Positions 8,581 through 16,338 of a stretch of DNA of 24,000 nucleotides are shown one piece after another. The position numbers and the translations under genes were made by a program. This DNA is from Mariprofundaceae bacterium (GTDB taxonomy: Bacteria; Pseudomonadota; Zetaproteobacteria; Mariprofundales; Mariprofundaceae), in contig JAIPJD010000004.1 in assembly GCA_021734365.1 (NCBI GenBank), positions 1 to 24,000 on the forward strand. Direction: 5' to 3'. How positions within the stretch are numbered: the stretch's first letter is position 1; every line of letters begins with the position of its first letter. The notes below the pieces were generated by a model. It did no database searches. It had not been told where the DNA came from and was given only the letters and a program-made list of their open reading frames with translations.

Positions 8581-8757
8581 TTCTCACATTGGGCCGGTCT
8601 CCTGGCTTGCCATCATCCTCAGCTGTTTATGCCTTCCCGGTAGTGACACCAGTGGCGTTTCAAACAGCTTTGTCAGGCCTACAGTAGCGGGGGCTGCGCC
8701 GGAATGGGGTTAAATCAACCTTCACCGGACTTCCCGTTTCACTTCGTAATGAGAATC
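8581..8757 (-). promoter_or_regulatory. cobalamin (adenosylcobalamin) riboswitch in the btuB leader
   Basis: The minus-strand RNA contains GGGAAGUCCGGUGAA, GCAGCCCCCGCUACUGUAGG and GCCACUGG...CCGGGAAGGC. It also has the B12 box AGCCAGGAGACCGGCC (reverse complement of 8591-8606). Putative P1 is UUCUCA (8750-8755) pairing with UGAGAA (8581-8586). Boundaries are approximate. Confidence 0.88.
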
Positions 8758-8763
8758 ATTACA
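8745..8763. promoter_or_regulatory. candidate Fur box overlapping a -10-like hexamer of the btuB operon promoter
   Basis: cgTAATGAgAATCATTAca matches the 19-bp Fur consensus GATAATGATAATCATTATC at 14/19 positions and contains a 7-3-7 palindrome GTAATGA/TCATTAC. Minus-strand TGTAAT (8758-8763) is a 5/6 match to TATAAT. No convincing -35 found. Confidence 0.45.
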
Positions 8764-8821
8764 AAAGCACCCAAAGCGGCGGTAATCCTACAGCGGTCAT
8801 ATTTAGAAATCTATCAGAAGA

Positions 8822-10891
8822 TCAGGTGCTGCCCGAAAGGGCCGGCATATCCGTACGGATAACGGGTATGGCCAAGGATAAGTCCCGTGGGTGCTGGTTC
8901 AGGGGCTCCTTAAGGAAAGACTTATCTCTGGCTGAAGGCCTGTCAGCATCTGCCTGAATGCCCAGTTTTGGAACCCAGTTCATCTCCAGCCAGCGGGTCA
9001 GATCAAGCGGCATCTGGGTCAACACGGCCGCACGCACAGAATTGTCGACCTGCGTAGTAATCAGCTTATAGCCAACACCATTTTTCTTCAGTATTTCCAG
9101 ATTCTGCCCGGCGACAGGGAGGCCTCCTTCCAGAGCCGCTTTAAACAACTCCATGCTCCGCTTGCTCTCCCTCGCCACACCACGCCCTTCAGCATACATG
9201 TAGGCCAGGGCATTTTGTGCGGGGGCATAATTCTGTTCTACAGCTTTTCGGTACCAGAACACAGCTTTACTGTCACTCTGCTCTATACCATCACCGCGGC
9301 GATAAACATTACCAATGTTAAACTGAGCTGTGGTATTCCCCTGTCTTGCAGCGGCAAGAAACAGCTCGGCAGCTTTAGCAAGATTATACTCTACGCCCTG
9401 CCCCTCGAGATACATGCTCCCCAGTGTGTTCTGAGCTGCTGCGTCTCCATGCTCCGCCAGCTTCTGAAACAGTTGGGCTGCATGAATCATATTCCTTTCC
9501 ATGCCACGTCCATTGTAATAGAGAACGGCCAGATTATAGGCCGCATCCATATCACCCCGCTCCAGTGCCTTACGATACCAGCTTGCAGCTTCATGCTCGC
9601 TGCGTCCGACACCACGCCCTCCACTATAGAATAACCCCAGAATCATCTGGGCTCGTGCATTACCCCCTGCTTCGGCTTTAAGCAACCACTGGGCGGCGCC
9701 TTCATCATCCCGGTCCATCCCGATACCGCGTGTGTAGAGGATCCCCAGGTTCAACTGTGCTTTTGCATACCCGCTTTCAGCAGCTTTTCCAAGCCAGTAT
9801 AGCGCACTTTTCATATCCGACTCACGGTAACCGAAACCAAGTGTGTATATCACGACCAGACTGTTCTGGGCTTCAGCAAACCCGGCCTCTGCTGCGCTCT
9901 TCAGCCATTTTATCGATTTTTCCAGATCTTTTGGGATGCCTTTGCCCGCTGCATAAAGAATTCCAAGATTCGTCTGTGCCCTTAGCACCCCCTGATTGGC
10001 TGCGATCAGCATCCATTTTTCGGCCTCAGCAACGTTTGTCCCAACACCCTGGCCCAATGCGTACATCGCCCCCACCAGAGAGGCTCCCTCCGCACTGTTT
10101 TGACGTGCCGCCCTTAAAAGCCACTGGAAGGCCTCTCGATCATCCGGTGCGGTACCAATCCCGAGAATCAACACCTTTCCAAGCCGCAACTGGGCCTCAA
10201 CATAATCAGCCTCTGCTGCATTTCTCAGCCACTGCAGGGACTTGACACTGTCAAATGCCACACCGCGGGATTCATGGTACATCATGGCCAGTAAAAATTG
10301 TGAGCCGGCGTCGCCTGCACGTGCCTTGTTTGTAATCCGGCTAACCAGTTCCTGACGATAGGCTTCTGCTTCGGGAACCTTTGCCGCCTCGGCTTTTAAA
10401 ACCCAGTTAAGTGCTTCACTGTCACTCTGCTCAATCCCCCGCCCGTCAGCGTAGATCCCTGCCACCTTGTACATAGCAGGAGCAATCCCTTTCTTTGCTG
10501 CGAGCAGATACCATCCGACCATTTTCTGATCATCTTTAACAGTACCTCTTTCATGTTCGATATGCCCGGCCAGCTGGTACTGGGCCTCTGCATACCCCTG
10601 CTTTGCCGCCATGGTGAGCCACCTTACAGCCTGCGCATCATCACGATCGGTGCCTTTACCCTGTTGATACATCAGCCCAAGTCGATATTGAGCCTCCGCA
10701 TAACCGCTTCGCGCCGAATTCTCAAACCAGTGGAGTGCGTCTTCATACTGGCCGCTTTCAAACGCTGCCTTGCCCTGGTCAACTGTATCCGACTGGACTG
10801 TTTCATAATCTTTATCAGAAACGACAAAATAGACGGCTACAGCGCCTACCAGCACAAACAGAGCAATAAAAATAATCTTAATTAACTGCAT
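8822..10891 (-). CDS. membrane-anchored Sel1-repeat (SLR/TPR-like) protein
   Basis: N-terminal TM helix IKIIFIALFVLVGAVAVYFVV, then about 15 tandem ~36-aa Sel1 units (pattern xAEAQxxLGxMYxxGxGVxxDxxxAxxWxxKAAxxG). A non-repetitive C-terminal region of ~100 aa follows. Confidence 0.85.
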   Translation of the reverse strand: MQLIKIIFIALFVLVGAVAVYFVVSDKDYETVQSDTVDQGKAAFESGQYEDALHWFENSARSGYAEAQYRLGLMYQQGKGTDRDDAQAVRWLTMAAKQGYAEAQYQLAGHIEHERGTVKDDQKMVGWYLLAAKKGIAPAMYKVAGIYADGRGIEQSDSEALNWVLKAEAAKVPEAEAYRQELVSRITNKARAGDAGSQFLLAMMYHESRGVAFDSVKSLQWLRNAAEADYVEAQLRLGKVLILGIGTAPDDREAFQWLLRAARQNSAEGASLVGAMYALGQGVGTNVAEAEKWMLIAANQGVLRAQTNLGILYAAGKGIPKDLEKSIKWLKSAAEAGFAEAQNSLVVIYTLGFGYRESDMKSALYWLGKAAESGYAKAQLNLGILYTRGIGMDRDDEGAAQWLLKAEAGGNARAQMILGLFYSGGRGVGRSEHEAASWYRKALERGDMDAAYNLAVLYYNGRGMERNMIHAAQLFQKLAEHGDAAAQNTLGSMYLEGQGVEYNLAKAAELFLAAARQGNTTAQFNIGNVYRRGDGIEQSDSKAVFWYRKAVEQNYAPAQNALAYMYAEGRGVARESKRSMELFKAALEGGLPVAGQNLEILKKNGVGYKLITTQVDNSVRAAVLTQMPLDLTRWLEMNWVPKLGIQADADRPSARDKSFLKEPLNQHPRDLSLAIPVIRTDMPALSGST

Positions 10892-10952
10892 TGGGTGCCC
10901 ACCCTGAAAAGGTCTGTGGCAACTGTAGCATCAATTCTAAAATAATCATGCA

Positions 10953-12416
10953 TCAAAAGAGGCCCAGCTCATCCCACATTTCATCCACGCGGCTCTTTAC
11001 CTTTTCACTCATGGCAATGGGGATTCCCCACTCCCGCCCGGTCTCACCCGGGAGCTTGTTTGTAGCATCTATTCCCACTTTGGAACCGAGCCCCGCAACC
11101 GGTGAGGCAAAATCCAGATAGTCGATGGGAGTATTGCCTACAATGGTGAAGTCACGCTCAGGATCAGTGCGGGTCGAAATGGCCCAGACCACCTCTTCCC
11201 ATGAGCGGCAATCAATATCCTCATCAACAACAATAATAAACTTGGTATACATGAACTGACGCAGATAAGACCAGATACCAAACATGACTCGCTTGGCATG
11301 CCCGGCATATCCCTTCCTGATTGAAACAACCGCCACACGATAGGAACATCCCTCCATGGGCAGGTAAAAATCAACAATCTCCGGAAACTGCTTTTTCAGA
11401 ATGGGTACAAAAACCTCATTAAAAGCCAGTCCCAGAATGGCAGGCTCATCAGGCGGTTTGCCTGTATGGGTGGAGTGATAGATGGCATCCCTGCGCATCG
11501 ACATGGTTTCCACGGTAAAGACAGGAAACCGCTCTACTTCATTGTAATATCCGGTGTGGTCACCAAACGGCCCCTCATCGGCATACTCATCAAAAGAGAT
11601 ATGTCCCTCCAGCACAATCTCTGCACTGGCGGGAACCTGCAGGGGAACGGACATGCAGTTGGTTAACACCGTCTTTTTACCCCGCAACAGGCCGGCAAAC
11701 TGATACTCAGACAATGTGTCAGGAATTGGCGTGACTGCTGCCAGAATCGTTGCCGGATCCGCCCCGATTACAACAGCGCATGGAAATTTTTCCGCCCCTG
11801 CACTGCCGGCCTCCCGGTGATCCTGTGCGCCGCCACGGTGTTTAAGCCAGCGCATGATCAGTCTGTTTTTACCAAGCAACTGCTGCCGGTAGATGCCGAG
11901 ATTCTGCCGCTCTTTATGCGGCCCTTTTGTAACAACCAGCCCCCAGGTAAGCAGTGGCGCAACATCCCCGGGCCAGCAGGTCTGAATCGGAAGGCGGGTC
12001 AGGTCAACATCGTCTCCCTGCAGGACAACCTCTTTCCAGGGGGCATGTTTCACGACCTTCGGCGCCATATGCAGCACCTGTTTTAATATTGGGAATTTAC
12101 CAACAGCATCTTTAATACCCCTGGGAGGCTCCGGCTCTTTCAGGTATGCCAGCAATTCGCCAATTTCACGCAACTCATCGGCGGAATCTCTTCCCATGCC
12201 CAGTGCGATCCGTTCTGCTGTTCCAAAAAGATTTGTTAACATCGGCATGGTATGGCCTTTAATATTCTCAAACAGCAGTGCCGGACCACCCCGTCGCAGC
12301 ACCCTGTCTGAAATTTCCGTAACCTCCAGCTCGGAACAAACAGGCGCTGAAATACGTTTCAGATCACCCCGCTGCTCCAGCTCATCGATAAAGGCTCGAA
12401 GATCCGGATAACCCAT
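10953..12416 (-). CDS. ubiD: UbiD-family decarboxylase (4-hydroxy-3-polyprenylbenzoate decarboxylase)
   Basis: 487 aa. The N-terminus [31 protein letters not shown] and the full-length pattern are typical of UbiD. The ATG lies 3 nt after the STAS stop. Confidence 0.9.
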   Translation of the reverse strand: MGYPDLRAFIDELEQRGDLKRISAPVCSELEVTEISDRVLRRGGPALLFENIKGHTMPMLTNLFGTAERIALGMGRDSADELREIGELLAYLKEPEPPRGIKDAVGKFPILKQVLHMAPKVVKHAPWKEVVLQGDDVDLTRLPIQTCWPGDVAPLLTWGLVVTKGPHKERQNLGIYRQQLLGKNRLIMRWLKHRGGAQDHREAGSAGAEKFPCAVVIGADPATILAAVTPIPDTLSEYQFAGLLRGKKTVLTNCMSVPLQVPASAEIVLEGHISFDEYADEGPFGDHTGYYNEVERFPVFTVETMSMRRDAIYHSTHTGKPPDEPAILGLAFNEVFVPILKKQFPEIVDFYLPMEGCSYRVAVVSIRKGYAGHAKRVMFGIWSYLRQFMYTKFIIVVDEDIDCRSWEEVVWAISTRTDPERDFTIVGNTPIDYLDFASPVAGLGSKVGIDATNKLPGETGREWGIPIAMSEKVKSRVDEMWDELGLF

Positions 12417-12419
12417 GGA

Positions 12420-12746
12420 CTACTCACCGGCCTCGGCAATTTCAAATTCATGCTCCAGATTTGAAAGCACAACAAGATCTCTGACCGCTCCCGTCAATCC
12501 GGAAATAACAAACTGTTTGTCTGGCGACCGGCTCCATTGAAGACCTTCAACAAGCGTGGCGATCCCGGAGGAGTCCATGCGCGCAACATCATTCAGTACA
12601 ATCCGGACAGAGCGTACCAGCCGGTCTGCAAAGCAGCCGCTCATCACCTTCCTCAAGGCAGGCGATGTATGGAAATTGATGTCACCTTTCACATGAATGC
12701 TCAGACTCTCTGAACTTTCCCGATCCACACTCACTTCAAACTTCAT
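12420..12746 (-). CDS. STAS-domain protein (anti-sigma-antagonist / MlaB-like)
   Basis: 108 aa. L(S)IHVKGDINFHTSPALRKVM, then RMDSSGIATLVEG (the DSSG motif of STAS domains). Strong SD (AGGAGaccggATG). Confidence 0.75.
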   Translation of the reverse strand: MKFEVSVDRESSESLSIHVKGDINFHTSPALRKVMSGCFADRLVRSVRIVLNDVARMDSSGIATLVEGLQWSRSPDKQFVISGLTGAVRDLVVLSNLEHEFEIAEAGE

Positions 12747-12783
12747 CCGGTCTCCTGCATCCCATTTTAATCACGCTTATCAC

Positions 12784-13677
12784 TTACTGGTCAGCCACCA
12801 TATGTTCACCCACCTGATCGAGTTCTTCCTGCAGTCGCTGCAACTCAATATGATCGCCATTATGCTCAGCAAGGTGCATCAGTTGATGGAGTGTGTCACT
12901 CTGCCCCTGAAGATCCTCAAGAGCCCGGTAAATTGCCAGAGCATCCTGCAAATTATCCCGTTTTTGAGCTTCATCCTGTATCAGCTTCGCACTCAGAAGG
13001 AGTGCATGCGCGGCCAGTCTGGGAGCTCCGACATCACGGCTCATATTCGATACCAGCGCAGTCTCCTGTTTTGCAGTTTCATGATCCAGCTGTTGCTCTG
13101 CAAGCAGCGCCAGCCCCATGTGCGCCTCGATCTTATACAGCATTGCAGCTCTATCTACTTCACTGTTTCTGAGAACCAGATCATACTCCTGTCGGGCAAC
13201 ATCATACCTCAGCTGCAGCTGGCTAAGGCGTGCTGCAATAAGATGTATATCGGCCGGATAGCCGGAACCCAAAACATCCGGCTGCCATGCCTCTCTGCCC
13301 TGTCGCTGATGCAGAAGTGCCAGCGCAACTTTGGCCCGCATATTTAAAATTTCAAGCCGATGCCGCTGCGCCACACCGGAGGCACGCTTCAATGCCGCCT
13401 CTCCCTTTTGAACATCGCCTGCAGAGACATGCAGCGTGCCAAGATTATACCAGGCAGTGGCAATCAGGTCCGGATCATTGGCCAGCTGGGCGGCCTGGAG
13501 TGCCCGCTCAAGCAGCCTCTCCGCCACCAGCCAGCGTTCACGCTGCATCGCTGCCACGCCATTACTGCTGAGCTCTTTCATTCTCTCTGTATAAGGGTTC
13601 TCAACGGGATTTTTCTGTCCGGAACTTCCGCAGGCCGCCAGCATCAGCATGGCCGCTAAAACAACAAGCTGTTTCAA
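12784..13677 (-). CDS. TPR-like helical-repeat lipoprotein
   Basis: TTG start. Signal peptide with lipobox (MKQLVVLAAMLMLAAC|GSS). The rest is all-helical with TPR-like units (AWYNLGTLHVSAGDVQKGEAALKRA...). TTGA overlap with the mlaD-like stop. Confidence 0.65.
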   Translation of the reverse strand: MKQLVVLAAMLMLAACGSSGQKNPVENPYTERMKELSSNGVAAMQRERWLVAERLLERALQAAQLANDPDLIATAWYNLGTLHVSAGDVQKGEAALKRASGVAQRHRLEILNMRAKVALALLHQRQGREAWQPDVLGSGYPADIHLIAARLSQLQLRYDVARQEYDLVLRNSEVDRAAMLYKIEAHMGLALLAEQQLDHETAKQETALVSNMSRDVGAPRLAAHALLLSAKLIQDEAQKRDNLQDALAIYRALEDLQGQSDTLHQLMHLAEHNGDHIELQRLQEELDQVGEHMVADQ

Positions 13678-14684
13678 GGCCGCAGATCCAGTGCAGGTGC
13701 CGCAACCGCACCGCCACCTTTCGACCCCTGCCCTTTATCTCCGCCAATAAGCCAGGAACCCTGAAGGTTTTTGACAAGCCTGTTAATCTCTTCAATCGTT
13801 GTACGTGATTCACGCGCCAGGCCCGGAAGCTCCGGGGTTAATTCCGACAGGTCAGAAGCAACAATATCCAGCGATTTGGAAAGCATATCCAGATTACGCA
13901 GCATCGCATTCACATGCTCAACGGTAGCGCCCCCCTCTTTGCCCATAGCTTCGGAAAAAGGCCGGATATCATGAAGTATCGCTGTCATCTCCTTCAGTGA
14001 AGAAGAGAGCCCGTGTGCCACCTGCTGCTGGTTCAGCTCTTCGGCAAACTTCTGCAAATGAACCAGCGTGCCTGTCAGCTGCTCAATCATTACCTCCAGT
14101 CTGTCTCCACGAACACCCTGGGTGACCTCCCGGACTCCGGAGAGAGCCAGGCGAACATCGCCTTTGGGGTCATTCATCCATTTTGCCAGTGAAGCCAGTT
14201 CACTTAGCAGCACATTGGCGTTGCCAACTGCAGGCTTGAGATCTGCAAGCAACTGATCCAGTGAGGCCTCGGTCTCATACCCCAGCAAAGCACCATCATT
14301 AATCGCGGGTTTGTTTTCATCCCCTGCTGTAACTTCAACCACCTGTTCGCCAATCAGCCCCTCTTTGGTCACTCTGACAATAGCATCCTGATGCAGCATG
14401 TTCCGGTAACGGTCAATCAGCTCCATTGTGATTCTTACTTTTCCCTCTTCCTGCAACTCAATTTGATCGACACGTCCGATGGCAAACCCCTGGAACTTCA
14501 CGGGCTGTCCTTCATAAAAGGAGGCCGCTGAAGGTGGAGAGAAAAAGATGTAAAACTTTTTGGCAAACACATTACTGCGCATACTGGCAACCAGCAGCAC
14601 CAGCACCAGGGCGCCGACACCCAGAATGACAAACCAGCCCACCTGCCGCCGCATGCTCGAAACAACATCATCGCGCTCTACCAT
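13674..14684 (-). CDS. MCE/MlaD-family protein with extended helical C-terminal region
   Basis: N-terminal TM (WFVILGVGALVLVLLVA). MCE domain (FYEGQPVKFQGFAIGRVDQIELQEEGKVRITMELIDRY...VRVTKEGLIGEQVVEV). Then ~200 aa of heptad-like helical sequence and a Gly-rich tail. The start could alternatively be ATG 14654. Confidence 0.8.
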   Translation of the reverse strand: MVERDDVVSSMRRQVGWFVILGVGALVLVLLVASMRSNVFAKKFYIFFSPPSAASFYEGQPVKFQGFAIGRVDQIELQEEGKVRITMELIDRYRNMLHQDAIVRVTKEGLIGEQVVEVTAGDENKPAINDGALLGYETEASLDQLLADLKPAVGNANVLLSELASLAKWMNDPKGDVRLALSGVREVTQGVRGDRLEVMIEQLTGTLVHLQKFAEELNQQQVAHGLSSSLKEMTAILHDIRPFSEAMGKEGGATVEHVNAMLRNLDMLSKSLDIVASDLSELTPELPGLARESRTTIEEINRLVKNLQGSWLIGGDKGQGSKGGGAVAAPALDLRP

Positions 14685-15346
14685 ACACCACTCACATCCG
14701 GGACAGCGTCATCAACAATTCTATGCGTACGGGCAAACTTCAGGCCTGAGCCCTCGTGCTCTGATGCGCTGAGGTAGAGCACTCCGGATCCGAGCTCTTC
14801 CAGCGCCACCCTGGCCTTTTCACGGAAAAGCTGCAGTCGATCCGGTGCCATGCCGACATGCACTTCCTGTGCCACAATAACATCGGGCTCCTGCAACAGG
14901 CAGTGGCCCAGACTTAACAGTGCATGTGTAAAGCTGGAACGCTCTCCGGCCTGCTCCTCCAGCCGCTCCAGCCCGACAAGTTCAGCCACTTCATCAACAC
15001 GATTTCTGGCATTCTGCAGCCGTCCTTCATCCCCGCAATAGAGGAAAGGCAACAGCAGATTCTCCCTGATGCTCAGGTTTGCCATCAAACCCCGATGCCG
15101 AATCATACTTCCAACCCGCAGGCAGAATTCAGGCGAGCCCGCGGGAAGGCGCTGATTCCCATGCTGTAGCCAGATAGATGATGCCAGCGACCCCTGCCCC
15201 CCCATATCGGGAAACATCAGGCTTAAAAATGCATACTGAAAGCGGTTGTTCATAACAATACGCACGCTCTCTCCCCGCATCACCCGGTCAGCCGGCAGCA
15301 GATCACCAAAGAGGTTGAGATCTTCCCACTGCAGAATGTCACTCAT
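14678..15346 (-). CDS. ABC nucleotide-binding-domain homologue with degenerate catalytic motifs (MlaF-like pseudo-ATPase)
   Basis: 222 aa from ATG 15346 (ATGA overlap with the mlaE-like stop; the track ORF to 15505 is an over-extension). Collinear with MlaF-type NBDs: GESVRIVMNNRFQYAFLSLMF sits where G..xxIxGxSGxGKSTLL is expected, LSIRENLLLPF matches, ERSSFTHALLSLGHCLLQEPDVIVAQEV replaces LSGGQ...hhhhDE. Confidence 0.65.
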   Translation of the reverse strand: MSDILQWEDLNLFGDLLPADRVMRGESVRIVMNNRFQYAFLSLMFPDMGGQGSLASSIWLQHGNQRLPAGSPEFCLRVGSMIRHRGLMANLSIRENLLLPFLYCGDEGRLQNARNRVDEVAELVGLERLEEQAGERSSFTHALLSLGHCLLQEPDVIVAQEVHVGMAPDRLQLFREKARVALEELGSGVLYLSASEHEGSGLKFARTHRIVDDAVPDVSGVW

Positions 15347-16164
15347 AACACGATCCTTGAAACCACCCATAATGCGTCCAGCAAAACCATCACGATTAAT
15401 GCCCCCACAACACCATTTGTTGCCCGGATCGGAATCTGATTTGGATCCCGTCCGACCCGGCAAGCCTGATCCAGCAAAACCATACATGAGAACATGGGGA
15501 AGCACATGCCCTTTAACATCATGGCAAGCATCATCTCAATATCCATGCCCCTGCGAACCTCTACGAGGAACTCGGAAAAGTTCAGGGTATAGCTCCAGGA
15601 GACAACCAGCCCCCCCACCCAGATGGAGACAACCACAAACAGAAAGGTAAGAATCAACCCACTTAAGGCAAAGGCAAGAACCCTTGGAAGATGCAGGTAT
15701 TCATGCGGGTGTACACCCATGCTGCGAAGGAATGCATCTTCTCCCCGAACATGCATATTACCAATCTCCGTTACAACCGCCACGCCGGAACGGGCCAGCA
15801 GGAAAATACCCACGGTAAATGGCGCCACCTCCTGAACCAGAACACCGTTCATGAGCGTTCCAATCAGGGAAAGGTCCTGAATCTGCTGGGCAAACACAAC
15901 GATGCTGTAGACCGCCAGCACCCCCGCCCCCAAAGCAAACAGGAGTACCCAGGGCAGGCTCTGTACGCCCGTAAAATAAAGTTGTCTGATTAATACGTGT
16001 GTTACAGCGGGTCTGGAGAGCCACTTCATTCGCAGGCAGATGGAGAAGACTGAAAAGAAGAGATTGTAAAAACGAACGATGCTATTGAAAAGGTTGATGG
16101 CCTGATCGCCCAGCCTCTCAGCTCGCCAGTTCCATCCCCCGATATATGCCTGCAAAATTCGCAT
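15343..16164 (-). CDS. MlaE-family ABC transporter permease
   Basis: 273 aa. QEVAPFTVGIFLLARSGVAVVTEIGNMHVRGEDAFLRSMGVHPHEYLHLPRVLA matches the conserved MlaE/DUF140 core (ELGP..TA...AGR.GSA..AEIG.M.V.EQ.DAL..MG..P..YLV.PR). Confidence 0.85.
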   Translation of the reverse strand: MRILQAYIGGWNWRAERLGDQAINLFNSIVRFYNLFFSVFSICLRMKWLSRPAVTHVLIRQLYFTGVQSLPWVLLFALGAGVLAVYSIVVFAQQIQDLSLIGTLMNGVLVQEVAPFTVGIFLLARSGVAVVTEIGNMHVRGEDAFLRSMGVHPHEYLHLPRVLAFALSGLILTFLFVVVSIWVGGLVVSWSYTLNFSEFLVEVRRGMDIEMMLAMMLKGMCFPMFSCMVLLDQACRVGRDPNQIPIRATNGVVGALIVMVLLDALWVVSRIVL

Positions 16165-16338
16165 ACCGACTTTATAGGCTGCATATCAGGAAATACAAGT
16201 GCGATGGATCACAATCGTCTAAAGTGCTCAAATTAGAAACGGTTTCTGTTTCTTCTCCAGACTTGCGTGCACAACCACGCTTAAGTAGCGTCCCGCCCCC
16301 TTTCATTTACGTTAAAATTCAGGACTTTCGGGGGCAAA

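Noticed and set aside
15197-15203. C7 (G7 on the coding strand) homopolymer inside the pseudo-ATPase gene as a possible phase-variation tract
   Set aside because: Seven residues is short for slipped-strand switching. It encodes an ordinary Gly-Gly, and nothing else suggests a contingency locus.
15347-15505. N-terminal extension of the NBD-like ORF (start at 15505)
   Set aside because: It overlaps the 3' end of the mlaE-like gene in another frame. ATG 15346 forms a classic ATGA junction and has an AAGGA SD.
16235-16247. Palindrome AGAAAC-G-GTTTCT in the divergent mlaE-like/ppiD intergenic region
   Set aside because: This is a single 6-bp-arm dyad with a 1-nt centre. It cannot form a hairpin and there is no second copy or known consensus. 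It could be an operator but is unsupported.
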